Part shown: piece by piece, positions 40,801 to 53,887 of the stretch
How the letters are laid out: each line of letters begins with the position of its first letter
Numbering within the stretch: position 1 is the stretch's first letter
Source of the DNA: Gnetum montanum
Taxonomy: Eukaryota > Plantae > Gnetophyta
NCBI GenBank assembly: GCA_015680685.1
Contig: MNCI01003028.1
Location: 4,093 to 68,092 of the forward strand
Length of the DNA: 64,000 nt
Reading direction: 5' to 3'
Notes under the pieces: model-generated
What the model was told of the DNA's origin: nothing
Databases searched by the model: none
What the model saw: the letters and a program-made list of their open reading frames with translations, nothing else
Position numbers and translations under genes: made by a program

Positions 40801-41418
40801 GGCAACAACTAATGTCATCTCAGACACAGTCATTGATAAACTAGGTCCTGTTAATCAAATTTAACCCACAAAGACAATGTGCCTAAAATATTTCAATGGG
40901 TCATGTGTTGTTGTAAGGGGAATTTTTATGATAGCATTTATGATAGGGGAGAAATTCCTTACCATTGGAGAATTCATCATAATTAAGAAGATGCTAGGTT
41001 TCAACTTGATCTTGGGTAGGCCCTGGCTAGCCTAGTTATGGGTCGTATCCTTCCCAATCCATCAAGAAATCCATCTTTCATATGAAGGTGGTGAGGTTAT
41101 CATTTAAGGTGACAGTGCAGCCCCTTTGGCCCTCAACAAAATTGACATAGAACAAGGGTTAGAAGTGGAGTTCCCCAATGATGCACCTCTAGTGAAGGAA
41201 GAAGGTGAAACATGTGAGGCAGACCAACTTGAGGAACCAAAGGAAGCCAATAACCTCCTGAAGGATGCTTTGTGGGAAGAATTGCCCTTCAACATAGCTA
41301 ATGAAGGTCAAGGTGAGTATCAAATAGTACTGCCCAGGCCCTATGCACCCCCTAACCCACACTGGGTTCGGAAGCAACTATGTGATTGAGGCGTTCCCTT
41401 AGTTCAAGAATGCATTAG
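37810..41418 (+). pseudogene. Tat-like gag-protease pseudogene
   Basis: PQFTKHNGKGNPNAHL...KALDWYHALPRTSISSFEDF (38706-38954); knuckle FCYYHQFLGHDIDFC (~39685-39727); PR RVHVNDRATTNVI (~40780) and FNLILGRPWL (~41000). Confidence 0.9.
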
Positions 41419-44400
41419 GTACCTACCTGCCCCTTAGTTTTGCATATCTTACGTGCTTGAATTTTGATTGTGCATTTACATTCTACTTGGTTGTTTGTGT
41501 TTTACATTATTTACTTTATTACACATTTATTTCTTTTGTTTGTGCATTATCACTTAGTTTACATTTTCACTTGTTAAGTTCACTCTTCAGTAGATGTTAG
41601 CCTATGCATCGAAAGCATCAAAATACATAAAAATCATAAAATTCAAAATTACAAAAATACACCATGGTTTGAAAAGGCCTTAAACTAGAGCATGACCTAC
41701 CATGTCCCTAAACTAGCATCGCATGGCCTACCATGGCCTAAAACTGGCAACACTTTTTCTTTCAACACATGGCCTGAAATGTCCTTAAACTACCATTGGG
41801 GCTTGGAATGACCTAAAAATACCAACACGTGTAGTTAACACATGCAACCTGAGATGGCCTAAAACTAGCAATCGTGCAATCTAACATGGCTTTAAACTAG
41901 AATTAAGCTTGCAAGGGCCTAGTAACATTATCATTACATAATCATAACCATCAATCTATCATAACATTAACATAGGAAACACATAGAAAATAATCATGAA
42001 AGCCATACACTCCATATAGCAAAACATTCATAAATCTCATATAAATAACAATACATAGCATGATCATCTACACCATATAGCAAAAAATACATAAAAATAT
42101 AAAAAATGCCCAATAGTAGGGCTACATTAGTATATGCTCAACCAGTCAAACTAGGTGGGGATGGAGGGCCTTCTTCATTCATTGCACCGCTGGGACCTGT
42201 AGCATCACCTAGTACCTATTAACAACACCACAACAATAAAATAGTAAACCTGTAAGCAAGTGTACAATATACAAAATAACATAAAAAGTATAAAAATAAC
42301 ATAAAAAACTAACCTGAGAGGGTCCCACATCGATCATGTTTATAGAAAAACTATCAAGGCCTTCCTCCAAGCGTTGGAGGATCTCGACCTCTAATAGCCA
42401 CATCCAACCCTCTTGGCCAAAGTTAATCCATGCAAGGGTCTTACCTTTGTTCGTAGTGGTCAATGCGGGTGGCTTCATGGAAAATTTTGTAGACGAAGCC
42501 TCTCTTGAGGGTGTAAAAATCTACCTCTATGGGGAACCACTAACCACTATATGGTAAGCAAACAACTCATAGACCTGTCTCCCACTAGTGGCCTTAAGAA
42601 ACATCTCATGGAAGTGGAATTTGATAGATTCTTCTTTGAGTTGCTAAAGATATGTGTCTTGCTTGCATTTATAGTGATTTTTATGGTTCTTTTGTGTTTG
42701 CCTCCACTTGTATACTTTGGTACTAAAGTTCTTCCAATCTTGGTTCTTTTGAGCAAGTAGATCCATCTGTAGCCATTGCTCAATAATCTCTCCAGTGGTC
42801 TCATTTTTTCCATGGATGGTTGACCAATACCTAGCATAATCGATCTCTACAATCTACTAGTTACTATCTCTGTATGATTAAGCTCTAAGAAAGTCATATA
42901 AGGATTGAAGCTCCTTGATCTTTGTGTCTTGGCTCATCACCCTCTCCCAAAGTTCATGGACATGCTTCCATAAGTTCTCATTCAAGCACCTACAGACCCA
43001 CAAAACTTTCATGTAGGAAGGCATGATTTGCTAGCTACCTTGTATATGTGACAAGGCACCTACTTCACTTTAGGAGGGAACTCATGGATAGCATCCACTT
43101 TAGCCACCCTGCCTAGATTCTAATGAAGCTTAGAACCTGTTGGCACGCAATAAGCAAATCAACCTTAGCCATGAATGAAGCATTAAATTAGTAAAGTAGC
43201 ATAAGTAAAGAAACATCATATGCATATTGAACTTGAGGTATGCTTGTTGTAGGTGGTCAATCATGTCCTCCACGATGCCCTCCATGAAGGAAAACTTGTC
43301 GGGTGTTTCTACTCATAGCTTCATGCAATAGGTAGATGAGGACGGTGGACTACTAGTAGGCTCATTTGAGGCTACAACACAATAACACACTTAGAAACAA
43401 CTAAAAAGACAAATATGCAAGAGAATAAAAGAAACAATAGATGACAATCTAAGGCACTTACCTAGTAAGCCCTTAGGTGTGAGAGCAAGGGGATCTCCCA
43501 GCTGCACACCATTGAAGAGTCTAGCAAAATCACCCTCATCAAGGTGGGATAGCACATATACCTCCAACTACTGGAGGATCACTGTAGCCTCATATAGCTC
43601 CTCCCTATGTGATTCCCCCTCCTCAGCTTGAGGAGGGATCGTTTCTACTACTACTACCACCGCTACTTTAGTAGCTCTCCAAATTTACAAACATAGCATG
43701 TTAGCATTAATATAGCATAGGAAAAAACATAACAAATATAAACATAAAAAATATAAAATGAAGGCATCTAGCAATATACAAATACTAACCTACAACATTT
43801 TTGTGCAAACTAGGGATCTTAAGGTGGATCTTCTTGATGCTTGCCCATCCAATGTTAGGAGTAGCCTTCTTTGTGGGGTGTAGCCTCTTGATCTTTGGCT
43901 TAAATGGCCCCACTGTTTCTACAATATAGTAGTTAGCCTTGCTCACATCTCCAATAACAACTAGGGGACCCTAGCCCATGCTATCACATGAATAGTGTGA
44001 TCACCCCAAGAGACCTTTGGTCATTATTGAATATGACTCATCGATCCCTTTGGGGGGGTCTTGCATGTGAGCGGTTATGACATGTGCTTAACCGAAGGCT
44101 TTGATAAGTTCTTACAGTCCTACACAATCCATTTCCCACTATCATGAACTATCAGGAGTTCTGTAAATCTTTCCAGATACCTTATGAAGAATGCGAAGTG
44201 CACTTGAGACCTCTTTTGGAGATTGTAACATAGCCTAGTGATCTTTGCATATAGGCCAATGGTGATGTAGGAGGCTCAATTGAATCTTGTACCCTCCTAT
44301 AGCACCTCCCTCATCACCCATGCCTACTCTACCCTAAGATCTTTCCTTGGAAGAGAAACTTTGAAAAGGTACGAGCATGAAAGGGAGGGTAGAGCTCTTG

Positions 44401-47400
44401 AACCTCAAGCACATGCACATCTTTAATTAGGGTGCCTTTGTGAGATTAAGTGGCCTCTAACTAGCCCTTAATCTCTCCTTTGCAATCAACCTCCCTACTA
44501 GCCTTGTTAATGACCAACAGGCCATCAATGGGAAGGCCAAGGAGGTTAGCAAGGAAAGCCTCATTGAGGTCTAGAACTACCCTCACACTGTGCACATGGG
44601 TGACAAAGTGGTAGACATCGCTATTGAAGGAGTTTATGATGGTGACCAATTTGGCCATTGAAATGCTTGGGCTAAGGGAAAAGAAAAGGTCCATTAGCCT
44701 AGCATGCATGAGCCTACTAGTAAACATCTCTAAGGCTTGGTGGCATAACCAATGTTGCACCCCCTCCACATCACCATATTTCATGATGAGGATGGCCTCA
44801 GTGCGGCCTATGGTGACCACCATCACCCTCTTGAAGAAACTGCAATTGCAAAAAAGGAAAAAATAATGGTAACATCATGCAAAGGAAAAAGGAAAATTAA
44901 TAAGAATGTGTGAGCAAGCATAGGAGCCAAAAAAGTAGACACTTACATGAAACAAATGGTGTGCAGGATGGAGGTGGTGGTGCAAGCATCATTTCTAGGT
45001 TGAACTTACGACTAGCCAACTCCTCATCTAGCCAATCATAGGTCTTGCACTATTTGAATGCCCTCAGGTACTAGGTAGGGTAATCCCTTAGATTAGTTTC
45101 CAACTACTTAAGGACAACCTCTTGAATATTTGACCTAGATAAGAACACCTCTAGGGTAGTACAAGTCAAGGTAGGAGCCTCTTCCTCATCGTGGAGACCC
45201 TACTCATCAACTCTAAATTTGGCATTAAGCATGAGTAATTAGTAACCTAGAATGAGCTAGTAGCAAAGGAACACAACTCAAAAATCATGAGGACACTTAC
45301 CCTCCGACGTAGTATACCATTGTAGGTGGGTTCTAGAACAAAGTATGCACATGCAAGGAAAAAAAGAGGGTGTTTCTCTTGTTGTAGCAAGAGAACTCTA
45401 GCATTTGCCAAATCTTGGATAAGGGTCAAGCACCCTAGGGCCTCTACCCAAAACACCTACTCCATCATTGCTAGTAGTTGGCTCATCAGATATGAATTTC
45501 GATATGTCCTGGTTAGCCATAAGTAGCAATGTCTCAATGATGATGATCGTAGCCTTTGCCACTAAGTGTGACTACAACAGAAGATTGAAGTGCTACAATA
45601 GGAATGCCAAGAACTTGCATGCCCCTAGCTACAACCACACTACCTAATAACCCACTCACATATCTGGTGTAGGCATGTTAGACATAGGCTTGCTCATGTA
45701 GCAGAGAATGCCAACAAGCTCCATAATGACTAGGATGGGTTTCAGCAACATCCTATAATAAAAAAGGTAATAAATGAAGCATTAGTACATACTAGATGCA
45801 ATTTTGACAAAATAAATAGCGTAACATAGCATAGATTAACAAAAAAATATCTTAGGGCCCCCTAGGCCCCACAAGTATAGGATGTCAATGCATACATTTG
45901 ATGCACTTAGTACTCACTAGGGTACAACAAATTTTGCATAGCATTAGCATTTTGTTTCATATCTTCGCATATTTAGCATTGCAGTTTGCATGTTTTGATA
46001 ATTTCTCTTTAGCATTGTACATTTCACAAGTTTACATTGTGCACAATATTTTTACAAAATTTTTCTAACTCTGGACAGCGTAGTCCAAAAAATCGCAAAA
46101 AATTCTAACTCTAGGCTACCTCTCTAGGGAGCATAGTCCAGAGATCATTGCAAATTTTTCTGACTTTGAATTTTCCTTGGCTACACTTTAGACATTACAG
46201 AGTGTAGTCCTAGGGTGCTAAAAAAATTTCTAACTCCCAACTACACTCTAAATAGAGCGTAGTTCTCCAAAAGCTAATTGTTGAGTTGGGGCCATTTCGA
46301 TAAAGAAGTGGTGTCAATGTTCCTCCAAGATGGGAGCATAGTCCTGGCTATGGCTAGTGAACTAAGGTTTGGCTGCTACCTTAATGCTCTTCTCTTCATC
46401 ACCTAGCATCCTACTGTAGTATTGCACACTACCCTTTCAGCCTCACTATGCACTACACACCCCACATCCTCCATCACTACAAGGAGGAATGGATGCTAAG
46501 TGCCCACTGTGGTTGTTATTCTTTTGGGCTATGTTGCCTAACATGCACTGATGGTGCTATCATGTGACACACCACTTTCCCTACCCCACCACTATAACTA
46601 AAAATAAAAAATATACCAAAAAATTACATTGAAACACACCCTCGATGCCAAGCCTCCCTCCTATAGCCCTTGCCATTGCATAGCCACTACAACAGGGCAC
46701 AATGTCCCCATAATGCCTATGGCCTCTATGGCCACCAACACATCCTTGCCCTGTACTTAACACAACAAAAAAAATACAAACTTACAGTTCCCATTGCTAC
46801 ATGTGTGTGGTCACTTGCCCCTAACTATGACTTAAACATCAATCCCTACCTTGCCTTTGCTATAGAACCAAAACTTTAAAAACAAAAAAAATGAAAAGGC
46901 TCCTTGTGCACCCTACCTTGCCCGTGGTGAACCTAGGGCAACCACCAAACCCCAATCCCTGTCCCATATCTTAGGAAAATAAAAAAATCTCAAAAAAATC
47001 CAAAAAATAATAATATGAAAATTTTTGCAAGACCCCTACTACATCATCCACCCCATGGATGCTAGCTTCCAACTATCGTTGCCATTTCCAAGCTACAAAT
47101 CCTTGCCCACATACTAGATGAAAATGTTTTATAAATAGTAAATCTTATGTAGGCTCATGGCCTAGCTGTCATAGCCTCCATAAGACCCTCATCCTTCAAG
47201 AAATGCAACAAAACCCTCTCCGCATGTGCATGTCCCTCATGGCCATGGTAGTCACAATGGCCATGGTAGTGATGGCCCTTGCCATGACAGGGTGCCACCA
47301 ACACACAAAACCCTCAACACCAAGTGTAGGGAACAAAGTAATAAAGCAAAAATGGAAAATAGGCAAAGAGTGTAGTCAAGGTATTTGGAATATGGTGGTA

Positions 47401-48133
47401 CCCTTTGCTCCTCCATGCGTGCTTGTGGCATGTGTCCTAATGCCCATTCTCCCTCATCTACGTTCATTAGTCTAGGGTGGTAGCATCCACTTCAGTGATT
47501 CATCTTGGTGGTAACTACACTCTTCATAGACTGTGCTACACTCTAAAACTTACCTCACATTTTCAACTTTGAAAGTGAGAGACTTATCCAAGGTGAAACA
47601 CACTTTTATACCCCCAAGGACCACTTGATGATTTACCAACCCTACGACTACGCTCAGTTCTATTGCATAGCACTAAGTGTAGTTGGGTTGGAGCATAGTT
47701 AGCCAGAGTTAGAAAATATTTTTATTTTTCTAGCCATCTGAAGCATAGAAATTTTTTTGATTTTTTTGGTTGCTCCAAACTTAGAAAATTTTTAAATTTT
47801 TCTCACTACCTAGTGAATGCCTAGTCCAACTTCGCATCCCAAGCACTCCTAGCCTTGCCCAAAATGATGCATCTAGCACATATCATGGTCCACTAAGACC
47901 TTAAATTGGCACTCTCTCATCCACTACGATCTTAAACTAGCACCCAATTACCTATTGAGGCCTAAAACCAACTCGTGCATTGCTTGCTTTTTAACATCAC
48001 ATATGCATACTTAGGCAAAATTTTTATTACATTGCTTCCTTTCATTTCATGCATATCAACTTCATTTCATTTTTATTACATTTCTTCCTTTTATTACATG
48101 TGCAGCTTGATATTTTTATGGTTTTTTTTGTAG
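41419..48133 (+). other. Candidate 6.7-kb sense-strand intron between protease and RT
   Basis: AG|GTACC at 41419 followed by a T-rich tract; T-rich tract ending tttttttgtag at 48133 (alternative AG at 48144). Coding-like pre-RT sequence resumes afterwards. Confidence 0.6.
42120..45920 (-). pseudogene. Antisense multi-exon gene relic inside the PR-RT spacer: PMD-like domain plus C-terminal coiled coil
   Basis: Minus-strand GT-AG introns at 42216-42313, 43372-43461, 44840-44946 and 45213-45300; probable decayed ones at ~43137-43228, ~43685-43789 and ~45753-45916. Exon motifs LNEAFLANLLGLPIDG (ORF 44461..44826), TRFN(W)ASYI..GLY (~44250-44293) and VHELWERVMSQDTKIKELQS (~42900-42965). Upstream minus-strand GGTATAAAAG at ~47603-47612. 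Confidence 0.65.
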
Positions 48134-51100
48134 GATTTCTGTAGGAATACAACATGACTATGTATAGGAATCTTCATTCACCTTTGGTCCTCACCAAGCC
48201 CCATGGTGATCTCATGTGATACATTGATCCATAATACCTAGACCTTGAGCTCATAGCCTATGATGAATACATAACATCTGTACAGCACAACTAGACTAGC
48301 CAGACCATCTAGTTAAGGCTCTATATCTAGAGGCAAGTGATGTCACTAAGGATCCCCTCATTGAAATCCTTGTGGCAACACCTAGTGGCGAGGCAAAGGC
48401 ATTGAAACTTAGTTCTTTGATAGAGCCTCAACATACCCAAAACATTGTTAGAATACTCAATGAAAACACCAAGGCATTCACATGATCTTATGAAGACATG
48501 CCAGGCCTAGATCCTCATGTAGTACAACATAATATAATCCTTAATCCTAGCATAAAACCAGTTAAGTAGAAAGCATGTAAGGTTAGGCTTGAAGTGGTTT
48601 TGGTAGTCCATGATGAAATCACCAAGCTTTACAAAGTTAGTTTCATTTGAGCCATTAACTATGTAGACTGGGTCTCCAACATTGTGGTTGTACCTAAGAG
48701 AAATGGAAGTATACACATTTGCATAGAATTTTGGGACCTGAACAAGGTAGCCATTAAAGATGACTTCCCACTGATTAGTATTGATCAATTGGTCAATACT
48801 ATCGCTGGTCATTTCTTGTTGTCCTTCATGGATGGATTCTTAGGTTACAACTAGATTCAGATCAACCTAGAGTAACAACTTAGTACTACCTTTATGACCC
48901 CTTTGGGTACATTTTGTTATACTATGATGCCCTTTAGAATCAAGAACACAAGAGTGACTTATCAACATGCCATGATGTACATCTTTAGTGATTACATGTT
49001 AGGTCTACTCAATGATTACATTGGCCACATAGTAGTTAAGTCCAAAGTAGCACACAACCATGCAGATGACTTAGACCTTGTGATTAAACATTGTCTAAAG
49101 TACAAACTTAGGTTAAATCCCAAGAAATGTATCTTTGACGTTAAGACAGGTTGCATGCTAGGTTTTGTAATATCCAAAGTAGGCATACACATAGACCCCA
49201 ATAAGGTTAAGACCATTATCAACTTAGCATTATTAACTAAACTTAAGGAGCTACAAGGATTTCACATTAGATTGCAATTTATACACAAGTTTATCACATA
49301 GTTGACTGACAAGTTGTAGCCAATGCAACACTTCCTTAAAAAGGGAGTCCACTTCAAGTGGACAGCTCAATGCCAAGAGGTATTTAAAAACCTTAAATAA
49401 GAGCTAGCTCAACTTCCAATGGTCTACCCTCCTTAAGGAGATAAACCTTTCTACATCTACCTTGATACCTCTAACATGTCCATCACTTCTCTACTTTGCC
49501 AAAAGTGAGATGATGACACAAAGGTCTTGGTATACTACTTAAGCCAAGCATTGGTTGCTTATGAAGCAAAGTATAACAATGTGAAAAAGAATTGTCTTGC
49601 CTTGGTCTTTGCACTTAAGAAATAGAGGCATTATCTTTTCCATAGTCAAGTCAACATCATCTACCAGAGTAACGTACTCTAAGCCATTACCACAAAGATC
49701 TACGAGAGTAGTCATATTGCATGATAAAGGAAATAACAATAGAGTTTGACCTACATTACATTGCACAAGCCTCAACAAAAGGTCAAGCTATAGCCACAAA
49801 ACTTACAGCTTCACCTATGAATGATCAAGTAATAATAGATTTGGAATTCCCGAATTAGCATGTCAATAGCATCAACCAAGTGCTTAACAACTTTGAGGAA
49901 CTCCTATACTTTGATGGTGCTACAAACTCTTAAGGGGGTAGTGCCATTGTCATTATCACATTTCCCTTTGGGGAGATTTGATCCTTCTTGTGTCATTTTT
50001 CATTCTCATGCACTAACAACGTGATGAAGTATGAAGGTCTTCTTAGAGGTATACTAGTAGCTCGCAACCTAGGAATACAAAACCTAGTGATCTGAGGTAA
50101 CTCGTAGTTAGTGGTCAACCAAGTTATAAAGGTTTACACTTATAAAGCCCAGCATTTACAATCCTATTGTAACCTGATGAAGCACTTGCTTAAACAATTT
50201 ACAACTATTGATGTTTAGCACATCCCCCACAATGAAAATGTTATTTCCAATGCATTAACAAAGTTAGCCTTAAACATTGCACCTAATATGTTTCATGCAT
50301 TGCCCACCTCGGTGGTGGATTGCATTGTGCCTATCATGGAAACTACTGACATTGCATCCATGGCCACAGTTAGCACAAACCATGCAGTGAAATGGTACAA
50401 CAACATTAAGACGTACCTTCTACAAGGTGAGTCTCTACAACATCTAACCACTGCCGAAAAGTATGAAGTGCATAAATGATTGTGGTAGTGCGTCATCATG
50501 GGAGATAGCACCTTGCATTACAAATCCTATAATGGCATACAGTTAACATGTGTAAGTGATAGTGAAGCATAGATGATCATTGAACAAGCTACAAGGGACT
50601 ATGTAGAGGTCACATAGTACCCAAGGTAATGATGGAAAAGATTAGATGCTTATGCTACTATTGGCCTTATATGGAGCACGATTATGTCTTCAAGGTCAAA
50701 ACATGTGACACATGTCAACAACATGGAAACTTCATGCATGTACCATCGACTAAATTGCACACAATGTAGATCATGTGGCCACTCCAATGTTGGGGGTTGG
50801 ACATCATAGGATCTATAATGTCTAAGTCCTCTGTAGGGAATAACTTCATTATAATCACAACTAAGTATTTTACCAAGTGGGTTGAGACTATTTCTCTTAG
50901 GAGGACTACATCATAGTAGGTTTGGAAGTTTGTACTTGACAACATAGTGACCCATTTTGGTTTACCCATGACCATAGTAACAGACAATGGGCCATAGTTT
51001 AGTAGTGTTGAGACCAAATCCTTTTGTGAGAGCTTCAGAATCAAATATTTCTTTTTGTTGTCATACTACATATAGGTGAATGGCCAAACGAAGGCCACAA

Positions 51101-51628
51101 AAAAGGTCATCATCAACCTTCTAAAGAAGATTCTTAGTACTAGGAAGTGACAATGGCACAAGAAATTAGTCTATGCACTTTAGAAATACCACACAACATG
51201 TAGAAAAATAATAGGTAAGATGCCATACAGTTTGGTTTATGGAAGCTATTTTTCCTCTTGAGTTGTAGGTTTCATCATTTCGTGTGATTCTCTCAAGCTT
51301 GATCGATGAGGCTCAAAATGATGAGTTGAGAACTAAGGACCTCAGTATGATAGAGGAGGAACAAATGTAGATGCTTGATTGCATTAGGGGGTACCAAGAA
51401 ACATAATGGTAGAAACATCATCATAATTAGCATCAATGCTTAATCAAGAAAGGGGACCTAGTCCTCAAGGCTATTTGCAAATCCATGGACAAATTCTCAA
51501 CCAACTAGGAAGGGCCTTTCTTAGTCACCAAGGCCTATGACAATGGAGCATTCAAGCTTGCTAACGATTATGACAATGATTTTGCCAATCTAGTGGACCA
51601 ATTATACTTGAAGCCTTACTACACCTAG
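48134..51628 (+). pseudogene. Tat-like pol pseudogene: RT, RNase H, additional (archaeal-type) RNase H, integrase
   Basis: FT*SYEDMPGLDP (~48480); SFMDGFLGYN*I (~48822); TPLGTFCYTMMPF..LNPKKCIF (48894-49301); aRH YFDGA, CTNNVMKYEGLL, GNS*LVVNQV, HIPHNEN (49905-50260); INT TCDTCQ, WGLDIIG, YFTKWVE, IVTDNG, NGQ, EGPF, LKPYYT* ending 51628. Confidence 0.95.
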
Positions 51629-51669
51629 TATGTAGTGCCACATTTTGACAAAGCAAGTGAAGAAACATA

Positions 51670-52320
51670 ATTTGCTATGACTATAAACTAGCATAGCTCA
51701 TCCGTTATGACATTAAACTAGCATCTACATCTATAATTTGCTACAACCCTAAACTAGCATAGATAGTCTGCTATGACTTCAAACTAGCATAGAAGTTTTC
51801 TATGACTATAAATTGGCATAACTCATCCGCTATGACATTAAACTAGTATTCACATTTGTAGTCTACTATGACTATAAAATAACATAGAAGTCCTCTATGA
51901 CTATGAACTAGTACAGAAGTCCACTATGACTATAAATTAGCATAGAAGTCTTCTATGGCTATAAATTAGCATAACTCATTTGCTATGATGTTAAATTAGC
52001 ATCCACATCCATAGTCTGCTATGACTCTAAACTAGCACAGATAGTCCGCTATGACTATAAACTGGCTTAGAAGTTTGCTATGACTATAAACTGGCACAAC
52101 TCATCTACTATGAGGTTAAACTGGCATGGATTGACCTTGGGTCATGAATTTAAATGAACATAGTAGCACATCTGCTACAATGTTAAACTAGCATGTAGCA
52201 GTCTACTAATACTATAAACTAGCATGCATCATGGTGTGCCAAGACTGTAAATTGGGTCTGCTGGGACCTTAAACTTGCAAAGCATATGGTTTACTATGAC
52301 CTTAAATTGGGTTCATAGTT
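51670..52320. repeat. Tandem array (~31-39-bp units, GCTATGACTATAAACTAGCATAG core) in the Tat 3' UTR
   Basis: More than 15 visible degenerate units; such arrays are typical of Ogre/Tat 3' UTRs. Confidence 0.9.
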
Positions 52321-53887
52321 CATCACACATAGTTCTACGAGCAAGCAAGTGAGAATACTTCCAAATCCTCCTTCTTGTCCATCTACATCTCGTGGGTAGG
52401 GTGGGGGACACTGTAGTTCTAGAATGGATTTCCTATCATTGGGAGAGGCCTTTAGAAGATTTGTAGCTTTACCATCCCCTTGCATTTTGCTAATCTTTTG
52501 AAACTACCCTCGAGCATTTTTTTGATCTTCCAAAGCTTCTATCATTGGTACCAACACTACCAACTCTAGGCAACACTTGCAACACTACCAACTTCAGGCA
52601 TTTTTCCAGTGCTTTGAGCTCTTGTCATTAGCACTGCCCTTTGGAGTAGTTGCAACATTATGGCCCTCTCATTGTTTTGCTATTTTTTTAGGCTCTTGCC
52701 ATTACTTGGGTTTGGAAGCACTTGCAATGTCATGGTCCCCTACCACTTTGATAGTGTTCTAGGCTTCTATTGGTGGTGTGGACTCTCAAGCACTTGTAGC
52801 ATCATTTTCCCTGATACCTTTACTAGCTTTTAGAACACTTGCAACTAGTTTAGCTATTGTAGCATTTCTAGCACCCTCGCATCCAGTAGTTTACTCACAT
52901 CTCATGCTATGTGGTTTTTTTCTGTTTTCTCTATGTTGTGCTTGTAGGATGAAGCCTTAGAGGTAGTCATACAGAGATGCATCTCATCATAGCAGCAAGT
53001 CACCGGCTTGCTTTAATATGCATGATTAGACTAGCATCCCTATTACCTTGCTATAGTCTACTTACATCTACCTCATCTTCCTTGCATTTCCCTACCTTCC
53101 TTGCTTGCAAACCATTTCTATGCATGTGCATCCTTTAAGTCAACCACAAAACCCATGATAAATGTAACACAACTCATCCCATGGGAAGCCTTTGTGGGTT
53201 GGTCAAAGCCCAAGCAGATGTAATGAAAATCATCTTGGGAAGGAAACACTTGTCCTATAGACGTGACATGGTTGCCTTAGAGTAAGGCTCATTATGTGGC
53301 ATGTATTTCACCTAATGGAAAGTATCCTACAGCTAGCATTTAGCAATGTGCAAAGCCCAAAGTAGATTCACCTCGTAATCAACAAAGAAAAAAATTCTCA
53401 AAAGGAAAAAAAAAAAGAAAGAAAATGGGGCAAAACATGTCCACTGCAAAAATTAGTAGAGCTACAATTTTGCAATGGGTCCAACCCTAAATTCACCTTG
53501 TTTCTCTCATAAGCATTTCGAAGAGAGATCATAATTTTAGGGGCAAGCCATCCTAGTGTCACGGATGCTAGCTCTCTCATATGCATTCTGATGAGAGGTC
53601 ACCATTTTGGTGGCAAGATACTTTGGTACCATGATCATCGTTAGCCATGATAACTCCACATCTTGTAGCATGACATCTTATTTTCATTTTACTTCTACTG
53701 AAATCCCTAGCACATCCCCTATGTACTTTCCCTCCAGAATACTACAATCCTTAGCACTATTGAGCATGGTGTAGCGACATCTAGTCAGGTACTAATGACT
53801 GATGTTGGTGCCAAGCCTGCCATGGTGTTTTTTGTTCATTGTCAATTTCTCAAGCTACTCCTCTAAATTTCAACAAAGAGGGGCTAA

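Noticed and set aside
51670-52320. Repeat array superficially like a CRISPR array
   Set aside because: Units are degenerate tandem copies without unique spacers, the context is a plant retrotransposon 3' UTR, and no cas genes are present.
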